NCBI RefSeq assembly: GCF_035594765.1
Contig: NC_085843.1
Location: 263,601,971-263,665,970, forward strand
Direction of reading: 5' to 3'
Source of the DNA: Anolis carolinensis
Lineage: Eukaryota
Length of the DNA stretch: 64,000 nt
Position numbers and translations under genes: made by a program. The notes beneath the pieces were generated by a model. It ran no database searches and was not told the DNA's origin. It saw nothing but the letters and a program-made list of their open reading frames with translations. Positions 12,400 through 25,264 of this stretch are shown here, in pieces (within the stretch, counting starts at the first letter, position 1; the number at the start of each line of letters is the position of its first letter).

Positions 12400-12608
12400 A
12401 ATTGACAACGGAATGGCCTTGGACTATGATTTTCGGATGATGCGATTTTAATATAGAATGTAATGTTTTAAATGTTTAATATGTATTAATTTTAAATTTA
12501 ATTGATTTTAAATCTCTGTTTGTATGTATTTTAAGGCATCTAATGGTTGCCATACGGAAGCCGCCTTGAGTCTCCTTTGGGGTAGAGAAATAAATAAATA
12601 AATAAATT
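12400..12608 (+). mobile_element. LINE/SINE 3' tail fragment ending in (TAAA)n
   Basis: GCCGCCTTGAGTCTCCTTTGGGGT...(AAAT)n matches the tail of the SINE at 42967-43423. Confidence 0.55.
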
Positions 12609-15600
12609 CAAACAGAGAAATATAACTTTGACTTAGTTTTACTAACTATTTCCCTAATCAGCTCATGGCCATGGAATGGTGTGTGTTGTGACACAGCTTT
12701 TTTGTCTACATAGACTCTTCCTCAAATGACATCTGAAAAAAACGGTAACGATTCCAGCACTGCTACTTTCCCCCCTTGCACAACATTTTACCATGATGTA
12801 TCGTGTGCCTTTTGATTGGCCTAAGAAAGATTCCTGTGTAGGATAAGGCAGGTATTTATCAGAAAACTACATACTATTTTACAAGGAATCTTAGCATTCA
12901 TACACAAAAAAGGCTCGAACACAACCTAAGTATTTAAATACGCTTCTTTCAAAGCATTTATTTTTATTTTAACATACAACCAAGGCCTTTTTTTGCTCAG
13001 TAGTTTACACTTCCTGTAGACATTAACACAGAATCTGTTGTTGCGTGAAACATACATTTATCACACATCTAAAAAAAGTAATATCTAATGCACATAATGA
13101 AGACACCATTGATACCTACATCTAGGAGTGACTGTGCACTGTCACCTTTAGTTTATACTACACCAAATGTTAACTGTATTTACATTTCATTTGACCACAT
13201 TTCAAATTGTCTCTTAGAGACAGATGTAAAATAAGTACAAAAGAAACCCTCTGCTAATGCCAAGAACAAGGTTTCACCAGTTCCTTTTATTCTGCATTAT
13301 GGCCAAATTGCAGGATTTTGGTAGGTTTCAATTATGACTTTCAGATTTCAGCATGCAGTTGTAGATGTCACGCAACTGGATTTAATTCACTGAAAAAATG
13401 GACGATACAATTTACTCTGGAATCTTGGACCACATGTCTGTATTTTAGGGTCCATCCCAAAGATTACATTAGCTTCTGGGTGATGTCTGGAAAACTCAAG
13501 GCACATTACATGCCTTTGTTTTAAAATATTAATTCTGGGTGTTAAATAGGAAACAACTCTAGTGGCTCTTTTGAACTTGTCTTATCTCATCACCTGCATT
13601 AAAAGGGTGTGAGATGCCTAGTGATTGGCTTCATCTACAATAGAACAAAACAACCTTGCTTTTGTTGCTTCATCCCCAGAGGAAATCTCTTCTGATCTAG
13701 GAGGGGTAGGGAACACGAGGTCTTTTAGATGTCTCTGGACTGCAACTCTCATCAGCCCTAGCTATCATAGCTAGTAAGGGATAGTGGGAATTACAGTACA
13801 ACAGAGAGGCCAATAGTCTCCATTTCTACATTGTGTTAACAGCAACTAAGCCTTGCAGAAGAAAGAAGCACTGGCCGGTTGTAGCTAAATTTCTGATCTT
13901 GCAGCAAAGGCTGGGGAGCTCTCCTGTCAAAATGATAATTGAAATCTATCTCTTCTGATTTGCACAACGACTTGAGTAACTACCTGCACAAGGGCCAACA
14001 CTGTTTGAATCCTGGGTAGACTGCACTTTCTGTTCCAGTAAAGTGAATAGGGATTGTTGCTGTAATCTTCCAAGTAATAATTAATTTAAAATTGCAACCC
14101 TGCTAGGTTTTATGAAGGGTTAGCGCAAAAGGTGAACCTTAGCTAGCCGAGAACTATTAACTGTGCTAACTGTGAATAAAAGTAGGAAATCTCACTGGAA
14201 ACCTTAATTTATTCAGAACTTCTGTTGTTCCTATGAAATACTACAGGGATGTTGGTGGAAGCTCTCACCGCTTTTAAACAATACTCTGCAATTAGAGGCA
14301 GCAGCCATTTTAAGAAATTATTTAAGACTGACACATTTGTGGCTGAGAAAATTACCATGTGGCCACAACATTAAAGAGGAGAAAAAGCTCCAAGAAATGC
14401 TGCTCTTCCCAGCCAGGATACACTTTTAATGAAGTGTTTGGTTCTGGAAGAGAGAACAGATTGGACTCATGCCCACAAATTTAATCTGCATCGTCAAAGT
14501 GCAATTAAAGTGATAGCATTGTTTCACTGAAGATTAAAAAACAGTTATGCATTTGGGCAAAGACCCTACATCAATGTCTCCTAGCCCACTCCTCACCCCC
14601 AAAAACCCTATTTTAACAGCCAGTAAACACACTGAGCAACAGAGGTCTGTTTTCTTGCTGGTTTGGGTGCAGTAGAATGATGCTTCCAGCTCTCTCCCTC
14701 CAACTAAATGTGATGCAAAAAGAAATTATGATTGGGATCCTAACTCTGATTGGCACAGGATGGACCGAAAATTCATTCTACTAAAGCCGAATCACCAGTG
14801 GAATAGACCTCCATTGCTCAGACCAGCTCCTTGAAGCACAAGTGGGATATGAAGGAGACATTTACATAATGGCAATAGTGTCTCTTAGGTTATGAACCCA
14901 CAATAATAGCCATGAAGAGTAGTTAGTTTGTAAAGAGATTGGTCAATTAAATGGTAAGTGGTTTTGTTTGTATCGCATGTAAGGTCTGACAATATTTCGT
15001 TTGTTTTTCAATTATGCCCATGCATATCCTAGTAGATGTTATATTTGTGAATTAATTATGATCTGTGCAACACCTTTGGAACGGCTTTTAAAATAGCCCC
15101 GCATCTGCTCAATCAATCAAGGTCATTTTCACTCAACTAAAAGATTTAATTCAATTAAATAAGTAGATTCTGCAAACCTAAATATTTCCTCTTATTTCAT
15201 TCCTTGATTTTTTAAGATACTGCATTTGTCCTCTGTGGTAGAACAAGAACAGCAGGAAATTCATGTCAATTTATATGGCTTTTTTGTTTTTCCTTCCACA
15301 GCTTCAAATGAGACAAAAAATAATTATTCGACCCAGTAACATTCAAACTAATTGTATATTGGTTTGAATGTTGCAATAGAACTGTGATAGAAAATTGTTT
15401 AAAACCCCACTTAGCTATGGTAACCTTTGACAAGTCGCCCTCTTTCAGACTCAGGCAATGGTAAGCCCCCTTTGAACAAATCCTTGTGTTTTCCTTAAGA
15501 CCCCCATAAATCCAAAAACACTTAGATGCAGCAGGTCCAGAACTTCCTCTCAACTATCTCAGTTTTGAGCCTTGACTGACACTGCTTTGAGCCTTGATTG

Positions 15601-16082
15601 ACATTGGACTTCCAACAGTGATAGTAGCAGAGTGTTCTGGCACAGAGGAAGACCAGATATTCATTACAATCCTGTATCCATGGGGATACATTTCTAAATA
15701 TAGTGTAGAAACAGGAAACCACAAATAATAGCAAATCTTAATAAAATGAATGGCTTCTGCTAGAAATTAACATAGAGTTGCATTAGAGTACCTAGAAAAT
15801 TCCTGTACGTGATCAAAAAGAGAATTTTAATTCTAGCTTTTCAGGAATAATTCTTGCAGATCCATTAATGTTGCGAATGCAAACTAGTAACAGTTAAAAT
15901 ACAAATCCAGCAAGAAACATCCTTGAAGTATTTAAGAAAATGGCTATGCCATGCTTACAGACAGGGATCAACGTGACTGGAGAACATTGGTGTTTCTACA
16001 TGCTTTTCAGAGTGTCCCACAAATGTATAACCTGCACCTTCTATTAAAGAATGTTAGTAATGTCACCCTAATGGCTTTAGAG

Positions 16083-16187
16083 TAGGCATGGGCAAACTTG
16101 GCCTTCCAGGTGTTTTGGACTTCAATTTCCACAATTGAAGGAGTTAAAGTCCAAACCATCTGGAGGGCCAAGGTTTGCCCATGCCTA
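16083..16187. mobile_element. hAT MITE
   Basis: TIR TAGGCATGGGCAAAC with a perfect 8-bp TSD, CTTTAGAG (16075-16082 and 16188-16195). Confidence 0.9.
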
Positions 16188-18965
16188 CTTTAGAGGTTTC
16201 TATTGAATACAAATACAGGTTGGCAAGTCATTCCTATAATCCAGAGGGCATGTTGTGCACAATGTGTTTTGCACAATGTTCCAACCAATGAAAGGTGGAG
16301 TGAGGCAACTGCTTCAGGTGGAAAATGGCCCACTTCCACTCTTGAGCCTTCCTGCCCATTACCGCTCCCACTGAGCCTGAGATCTACCCCATGAACTAGT
16401 CTGTTTCTTTTGGACATGCAAGGGGCAACATTAGCCAATGTTAGCACTGAAGTAAAATTCAGCTGCCAATCCAGTAGGCTTATGTACATGGAATAGTGAA
16501 CTGGATAAGTCACAATTCTGTCCTTTGCCTCAGGCAGCAAGGTGTCTTCAGACATCCTTGGCATAAAGACATGCACATTCAAAAGGACTGAACCAGACAG
16601 CTGCATATCCAGTCAGCTTGACTGCAGAAAGACGTTGCACAATCCCTATGAGCTATCATTACAACAACCCCTGTGAGAATCAAAGGTATAAATTCATACC
16701 AATCACCAAGAATCATTATTCTCCTTAGGTTGAATGTAGAAAAATAGATTTCCCACCACAATGCAGAAAAGTTACACAAAGTATAGCAGCGTATATAGAT
16801 TTCCTATGAATCTTCACATAGTTGCTTTTACTTTTTTAATAATAGAAATTGATTTTAGAGGCATTTATAAAGCAGTCTACCATATCATGATAACATTTTC
16901 TCAGGTTGCATGCAGCCACAGACCTAAAACATGCCATCTTCCCCTTTAGCATATGTTCGGATTGTTAACGCATAGGTAAAGATTGGCCACAGATCGGCAT
17001 TTGATGCTGTTAAGTTGTAGTGGATATACAAACAGTAGTTTGTGTTAAATGCAGATTGAATATTATGTCTGAACTGTTAACAATTGTCAAGGACTGGGTA
17101 CAAATCGGGACCTAAAACCATACATTGATCTTACAAACCATGGTTTGCATTATAATTGCTGTGATGTGTCTTCACTGGGTCAGTTACATTATTACCGTGT
17201 TTAAGGCAATCACCTTGCTTTCCCAGTTTTAATGCTAGCAAGGTAATGAATGGGTTTTTACTAGGACCTATCCTCCTGCAAACTACTGTATTACTATACA
17301 TTTGCGAAGAAATCATATATACTCATGTATTCATTGACCTCATGTATAAGTCAAGGGAAGGACCAAAATTGTGAGAAGGAAATGTGTCAGAGGTGCTCAG
17401 AGCCAACCACTTCTGACCACCACTGCCATTTTCCTTCCCAGATATGCAGAAATGGCACTGTGGCAGAGAGAATTGAGGCATGCGGTGCTGCTTTTAAGTT
17501 CTCCCAGAAGAGACACAATACTCGCCTTTGGCCCCTTTACTCAGAGATGCTTCCTATGTTGATAATAGTAAAGGTACAATGCTTACATTGACCTGTGGAT
17601 AAGCCCACCCAGTTTTTTGGTTTTTTTGGGGGGGGGGGATCAATCTTTTAACTAATATTTCTAGACTTATACTTAAGTGTGCATAGTAATCTATAGGAAA
17701 ACAACTAACAGTCATTTAACATTTAGTTCTAAAGGGCTAAAAAAGAACTAGAAACAGACTGGAAATAGATACCAGCTAGTCACAACAGTGAACTCATTAA
17801 ATGTGTATTAGATATGTGTTGCATAGACTATATCAGTAAAGCTAGCATTGGCAAACTTTAGACTGAAAGCACCACTTAATTGTTTGGCAGTATTCCCTTT
17901 GAGCTCAATGGGTTGAATTCAGCACTAATAATACAGAGCTGTGCTCTAATAATAGGGTTTTCTTGGCTCCTGTCTTCCTCGCCCGTTTCCAACCTTTTCT
18001 TCCCCATAAAACTTCTCTTATGTGTTAGCATGTCAGCTGAAATGGGGCACAGGAAGAGTCATGATCAAGGACAGGCCTGGGATGATGGGGAAATTCAGAG
18101 AAGCTAACTTCTACAAGTTTTTTTTTTTTTTGCTTCTCAATGTAAGCCAGCATCATTAAAGTAAATCTGTTTCTTTATTTTTGACTAGTACCATCTTTCT
18201 GATAGAAGTCCTAAATTTAAGTGCATGACAAATTATGGATTTCAAACGTTTATCTGTATATGATAGGTTAGAATGAATATCTAATGCCCCAAAATAGTCA
18301 TGCAAGTCAAATTTCTACAGGAATATTACATAGTTCTTTAAGTCAATAAACTTCTTTCACAAAGCCATGCTGTGTTTTTTGTTTCTTTTTAATTTCTGAT
18401 GTAAGAGTCTTTTCTACAAGATTAAAATTGTAAATGTCTATAAATATGCATATTAAGCTATTAATTCAGAATGAGGTCTTGTACTGAGTGCAACACTTTT
18501 TCTTTAGCTGGCTGGGCAAACATGGCCTCTTTGAACACTTGACTGATTTTAACCTGTATTTGGTAATTGCTTGCATCCTATTTCCTCTTAACAATGAATT
18601 TCCCCCATCTTACATATTGAAATTTGCTTACAACAAAATGTAGATTAAGAAATACACCTACGGATCCCTTTTGCTTACAAGGCCTTATATTTTTTGCAGA
18701 AAATATTTTCCTTCTTCTCCTATGCTGTAATATATTATCTTTTAAGATATTTTAAAAAGAAAAAAGCATGATAGCTATTATTTGGGGAAGGTCTCATAAA
18801 TCTTAAAGTTTTGTACAGGGTCAAAACAGGGATGGGAAATATTCCTTTTTCTAAGAGTCTTTATGCTCATAAAGTTTATATCAGAGAGCTAACAGTGCAA
18901 TTCGTAATCCTTCTAATATCCACAGGGCTTACACTCAAGGAAGAGAGTAGACTGACTATCTAATC

Positions 18966-19188
18966 CAGTAGTTCCCAACCTTTTTTTTTTTAACTAGGGC
19001 CCACTTGACCAGGGACCACTTTTCAACATTAGTACCAAAAGGGTTACGAATCAGTTTTTGGTGAACTTCAGTTTTGGTTTGGTTATTTGGGGTGCTGATT
19101 CAGAAAACTGCATTGGATAGACCACATCAGCTCTAGTTTCTGGTACAGAACATTTTCGTTCTTGCGGCACACAGGTTGAGAACCACTG
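18966..19188. mobile_element. hAT MITE
   Basis: TIRs CAGTAGTTCCCAACC / GGTTGAGAACCACTG; 8-bp TSD ATCTAATC/CTCTAATC. Confidence 0.85.
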
Positions 19189-20797
19189 CTCTAATCTTTA
19201 CTACAACATTTCTTTAGTCATTGTTCTTTTGAAAATTCATTGTCTCAATCTTTTCGCTCTCAGAATCCAGCAAAATGCATAATCTACAACAAAGACAAGT
19301 TAGAGTTATCTTGTGCATGATGTTTACTTCTGTTATGTTCACTTTATGTTATTTTCTCTTTCACCATTGCCAGTTTTTTTTTAAATTATACTTTTACTAT
19401 GCTTCTGCTGCATGGGACATTTGGGGGTGCACCCATCGACTACTGTACTAATTTTCACAGCAATACTATGCTGGAAATGAAGACAGTTGCAACAATCTTT
19501 GCATAAGTAACTTTGAGCCACTAGGGAACAATAGAAGCAGGGAGAGTTAATTAGGGCTTCCTATAATAGCATATCTTTCTATTCTTTTGCATTTTTGTCT
19601 TGCAAACTGATTTTCTTAAGCCTGACCCTTTCCTTCTATCTCTTCTTATCTTTAATCATGTAACCAGAGGTAGCAGAATTTACCCCTTTCTCTCTCTATT
19701 TAACTTTGTATTTCATCTAAATACAAACTTGGGACCTAAAACAATCAACAAATCCAAAACAAAGGGAGACTTTCCAAAACTCTTATGACTATGTTTAGCT
19801 CGAGAATAAAGGTTTGGCCATACCACCTATTAACTTTACAGCTAGCTACCTACTCTTAGGAAAATGCTTAAATAGAGATGGTGCAGATGTAAGCCAATGT
19901 TAAAGAGATGATTGTTTAAGATTTTGCAATCTGAGTTAGGAACTATTGATAAAATCTCTCATGCACAAGGGAAGGGTACATCAAAGGCATTGCAATGGTA
20001 GAGCTAGTAATTATTGAAAAAAGGGGAGGAAAAGGGGAAGATTTTAAAAGCTCTCAAGCATGTATAACATGATGGTTCTTCATCATTTGCCTACCGTCCT
20101 TTTGGCAAAAGCACCTTAATTTTACTACTGTATAGAATGAGATTCAGCTCAAAAGTAAAGCAGGGATATGAAACTAATTGAACAGGGATTCAAGTGTCGA
20201 TCTCACTCCTATAGAAATTTGAGTCTGACTTTTCAATGACCTTTTCTAAAACTGATTATTATGATGATTTGTGCACGGTTACAAAAACTATTTTCTCTTC
20301 TTTGACAATGTAATGGCTATGGACAGCGATTTCTTTCTAAATGATATACTAAATAATGGCAGTTAAATCTTATATGGAGATGTAAATCAGTGAGTTTTCC
20401 AGTTATGTTGCTGTGAATCAAACCGAACTTTATCTTTCTTGCTCTACTACAGTACATTATTATTCCAAATAATTATACTTTTATTTTTAAAGCTGCCACA
20501 AATACAGAATTACTGGATTGTATACTTGCCTGCTCTCAAACCGAAATAAGGACCTGCATTCTAAATGTGGAAGTTAAATGTGATCAATGGTCTGATCTGA
20601 AGCACCAGTCACCAATGATGAACTAAAAAGAAAACCTTCTATTGAGGCACATTTCCGCAGGTGTAATCTGGGGGTTCACACCTGCATATCTTCTCTCTTT
20701 CTCTGCTACCCTTTCTCTTTCCTTCCATCCTTTCCTCCTTTCTTTTCCTTTCTGCCTAATAGGCTGCCAAGGAAAGGAGAGATCTGACCTTACAGAG

Positions 20798-20930
20798 CAG
20801 TTTCTCAAAGTGTGCTCCTCCAGATGTTTTGGACTTCAGCTCCCATAATTCCTAACAGCTGGTAAACTGGCTGGGATTTCTGGGAGATGAAGTCTAAAAC
20901 ACCTGGAGGAGCACACTTTGAGAAACACTG
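20798..20930. mobile_element. hAT MITE (palindromic)
   Basis: Long TIRs TTTCTCAAAGTGTGCTCCTCCAG; TSD TTACAGAG/TTATAGAG. Confidence 0.85.
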
Positions 20931-22776
20931 TTATAGAGGAACTGTGAATTCCACTTGAGTTCAACCCAAAGGTGATAACATAGTACATTTGGTCCACAGA
21001 TTGCCCTCCATAGTAGAAATTATCTATCCAGTATACATGGAAGTAACCTGGTCTTGGAAGCATCAAACTGGCAAACTTCAAAATCCATAGCCAGCTACTG
21101 TTAGATCTCCACAGAACACGTCTCACTTCCTCTTGATGTTTTCCCTTGCTCCCTTGGAGCATCCAAGCAATGACAACAGCACTTTTTCTGTGTTTTTTGG
21201 CAGTGGGAACACAGAGGAAATAGGCAGAGATCATAGTGGCAAGGAGCTGGGCTCAGTCATAGAGAGCATCTTCTGGGGATGTCTTGTCCTCCACCCCCAA
21301 ATCTGCAGTTGGCACTAATTCTGGACTGGCTGCTCCTGGTATCCTATCCTATAAATATCTAAAGTGTGTGATATCTTGCTACCTGGAGGGTGAATGCCTG
21401 AGGTAATATATTTCCTGTAAAGGAAATAGCAAAATCAGCACAACGCTGACCACTCAGCATTGACCAAGCAACAACTGGGAATGTGTCTCCTACTAGCAAT
21501 GTAAGACAAGGCTGTACATTTAAGAACGCTTATATTGGTGCCCAATTCTGAAGCACCAAAGTTTCTGAACCTACAGAAATTCAAAACGGCAGCAATTTTT
21601 CCTTTTTTTGTTGTAATGTAACATTTTAATTCTGTAATGTAACTCCTTAGTTATAATTAGAAACTTGTTGCATTAGATTATATTTTCCATTGCTAAAAGT
21701 GTTGGATCTTTTAATTAAATCTTTCAATTAAAAGCAGCTATTCTATATTAATATATGAAAGCAGCAAAATAAGGAAAAGCAGGTGGGGGCATAATGTTTG
21801 TATTTACTCACCCAATGACCTGGAACTTCAAGGTTAATTTGTTTTGAGAGCGTACAAAATTTAATTCAGCAGCAGAGATGGAAAAAGGCAAATAGTAAGA
21901 GCTTAGAAAGCTGCAATGGTAACTAACACAACCTTTGGCTATCTTAATCCATCTCTGTGCTACTTTCAAACACGCCGTGTGTTTAGACAAAGATCAGGAC
22001 ATCTTCTTTGGCTGCCTTGAGGGATGTGAATTATCTATTCAGGAGATCCTGTATATATCAAGAGAATGCAAACAGCAGATGGCATTTCCCAAAGCTTTAA
22101 AGCCTAGTGCTATCCCATCCAAACTGAGTGGCTATGTCCCAATACCTGGTGGGTTGATTATTTCATTTTCTTCTAATAGAAGGGAAACAGCTCCTTCTGG
22201 AGTGTTTTGCCCTGTTCTACCTCTACAGAGAAGATAATTAAAAGATATTAAAAGAAAAAAGTTTTGGATTATAGCTCACATGCATGAACTGTGTTTCCAT
22301 ATTGAGGACTATGCTGCATATTCTGTATGCATATTCAGCTGTGTAGCAAAGGGAGTGTGGAAATTTCCTATTAAATTGTGAGATGCGTATTGGGTTCTCC
22401 TGATGCATATTGGCAATCCCTACATGGTGTCACAATGCTCATGGGGCACTACCAATCTCAATTGGCAATCCATAGTCTTTATCTTGATGGGCATCAGGAG
22501 CATCAGATGGCCTGTGATGACCATTGTGCATCAGTCCCAATGCACAATGGTCATTTCACTGGGTCAATTATGTCATGGTAGACGCTTGCTGAATTCAGAT
22601 TTTATGAAAACACCCTGTTCTGTTTTCCTGTAGACACAAGTTCCAAACTGAATTCCAACCTATGAGCCAGCATCCTACATGCCTATGGGCTTATTTATCT
22701 CTCCATCTCTCTCATTCTTTAGGAAGGCTATATTCCATAGGTGAACAGCAAGAGCATCTATCCACTACTATTTTAC

Positions 22777-23035
22777 TTTTTTTTTCGTGTCAGGAGCAAC
22801 CGGAGTTGCTTCTGGAGTGAGAGAATTGGCCGTCTGCAAGGACGTTGCCCAGGGGATGTTTTGATGTTTTACCATCCTTGTGGGAGGCTTCTCTCATGTC
22901 CCTGCATGGAGCTGGAGCTGATAGAGGGAGCTCATCCGCGCTCTCCTCGGGTGGGATTCGAACCTGGCAGCCTTCAGGTCAGCAACCCAACCTTCAAGTC
23001 ACGAGGCTTTTATCCCCTAGGCCACTAGAGGCTCC
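22777..23035 (-). mobile_element. tRNA-head SINE with a Vingi-derived body (Anolis SINE2-like)
   Basis: B box GGTTCGAATCC and poly-A tail on the minus strand; 10-bp TSD ACTATTTTAC (22767-22776 and 23036-23045); homologous to the 42234 and 44996 copies. Confidence 0.85.
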
Positions 23036-23291
23036 ACTATTTTACTCATAGAAATATACAACTAGCTCCGTACATGCACATGATAGGTCATGTCCAATAG
23101 TCCTGACTTCAGACGAGTTCATCAGCTTCCAAGCAATTTAAGATAGTATCTCAGGATCACATCGTTTTTGAGTGGTGATCCTGGTAAAAGGAAACTGAAT
23201 TTTTTCTTGTGCTATGGCAAAAATGTACATATTCGGACAGTCATAATTATTCCAGGCTATCATGGCACATTACTGGAACATTTGCCTATTA

Positions 23292-23609
23292 CAGTAGAGT
23301 CTCACTTATCCAACACTCGCTTATCCAACATTCTGGATTATCCAACGCATTTTTGTAGTCAATGTTTTCAATACATCGTGATATTTTGGTGCCAAATTCG
23401 TAAATACAGTAATTATTACATAGCATTACTGCGTATTACTTTTTCTGTTCAATTTGTTGTATAACATGATGTTTTGATGCTTAATTTGTAAAATCATAAC
23501 CTAATTTGATGTTTAATAGGCTTTTCCTTAATCCCTCCTTATTATCCAACATATTCACTTATCCAACATTCTGCCGGCCCATTTATGTTGGATAAGTGAG
23601 ACTCTACTG
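23292..23609. mobile_element. Tc1/mariner-type MITE
   Basis: Perfect TIR CAGTAGAGTCTCACTTATCCAAC with TA TSDs; near-identical copy at 46527-46849. Confidence 0.92.
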
Positions 23610-24917
23610 TACTTTAATTGTGAATGCGAACTTGGAAACGTTCCCTTTTCCCAGTATAACTCCAATAATTCCCACTGACCATGCTAGCAGTAGGATTTTG
23701 GCATCCTGATAACCCAAAAGCAACTTTTCCTAACTTTGCTAAGAAATTGCCAGATGATGAGCACTATAGAGGATTAAGCAACCCGGTCACACCTAAATTA
23801 TCAATCAATACTGGAATTGGAAAAGTCAATTTTCTACACCAAAGCATACAATATTCATAGGTTTGAAAGTACAACTATATGCTATCAACCTCTTTCATCC
23901 CCAGAACTAGCCTTTGATTTTTTACATCATTAAATACCTAGGCTATCAGAATAATTTTCCCTTGCCGGTCTTTTGGTTGTTGATGATGGACTCAGCTGCA
24001 ATTCTACTGAAAAGCTACTGCTGTATCTTTTTGTAAACTAAATGGCAATTTCTCATTTTAGCCCACTAGCTTCATCAAGATCCTTGTATCCTATTTGAAC
24101 ACACTGGTAACAGAAAACGCTAAACTCAGTGTAAAAATCTCACCCAACATCCCCAAGAACTTTACATTTTGCCTTTGGCAACAGTCTCTGATCTATGCAA
24201 GCTGCACAGTTGTGTCTAATCCCAGCACCCACCATATGTAGAAGCAAGAGTTAATGAATGTGCCATTTTCCAATGAGCAAAGATCCCCAAAACTGACTTC
24301 TGGTGGGGCAAAAAAGGCAGAGTATCATTAAGGGCATGCACACCGAAGGTATAATCACGCAGCTATGGAAAAGCTCAAAAAGCTTGTCCCTTATTGTGCA
24401 GCAAAAAGGACATTTTGCCTATGGAAAAAAGATAGAGGGATATTTTTGTTGTGTCCAACCAACCCCTCTTCTTCATTCTTCTATGACAACACAGGTCAGC
24501 AATCTGCTTGCTACCTGCCTTCCTATTTCTGCAGAGCAGTATCAGAATGGAGAGCATAAAATCGGTGAAAAGCCCATCTTGTTTCCATTGAATGCAGACA
24601 AGTCACAAGTTGTTTCTGTCTTGCCTTTTTAAGCTTGTAGATGATGACTACGAAATTGCAGCTATTTGAAAGAGCCGAAGCAGGCGTCATTAGCTTCTAA
24701 ACCGAATCCCCCCCAAAAGAGCCAGAGAAATAAAAAGGAAGCAGTATTGAGTGTATTTGCTGCGTAGCACTCTCTTTTTATCAAAAAGAATGATTTTCCG
24801 TGTTTTCTTTTTGGATGTACAGTCTTAAATACTAATATACTTGTTAGAGCTGTCTACTGTGTTGAAGTGTAAAGGTCTGATGAAGAGATTCACCAGAGAG
24901 AGGCAGATTTCTTTTTT

Positions 24918-25264
24918 TTACTGGTCTTCTGATTTACTGCCACCCTTGAACTTCACCACCATGACTGTTATGTTGTCAGGGCATCCTCTGTAAAAAGACT
25001 GTAGGACTATACTTTTGGCTCCAAAGTGTGGTTCATCCAAGCGTTCCTTGATGAACCGTACAGCCTCCTCATTGCTAAAGGCATCCCATAGCCCATCGGA
25101 AGCTAAGATCATGAATTCTGGCTGGAGTTTGTCCAGGTCGAAGGTCAGGATGTCTGGGTCAGGAATGACGACGTTCAGGTTCTTCAGGGGATAATCTCCA
25201 AGAGAGCGGGACATGGCTAGGATCCCCTGAACACGCCAGGAGCCATTAAAGCTGATGAAGCCAC
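24918..25264 (-). CDS. PPM1L: Protein phosphatase 1L (PP2C-epsilon), final coding exon
   Basis: Encodes GGFISFNGSWRVQGILAMSRSLGD...MILASDGLWD...GCPDNITVMVV, ending in a stop. Acceptor TCTCTCCTCTCCAG at 25265-25266 (minus); the phase-1 junction joins the previous exon in frame (RA G|GT GGC). Confidence 0.97.
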
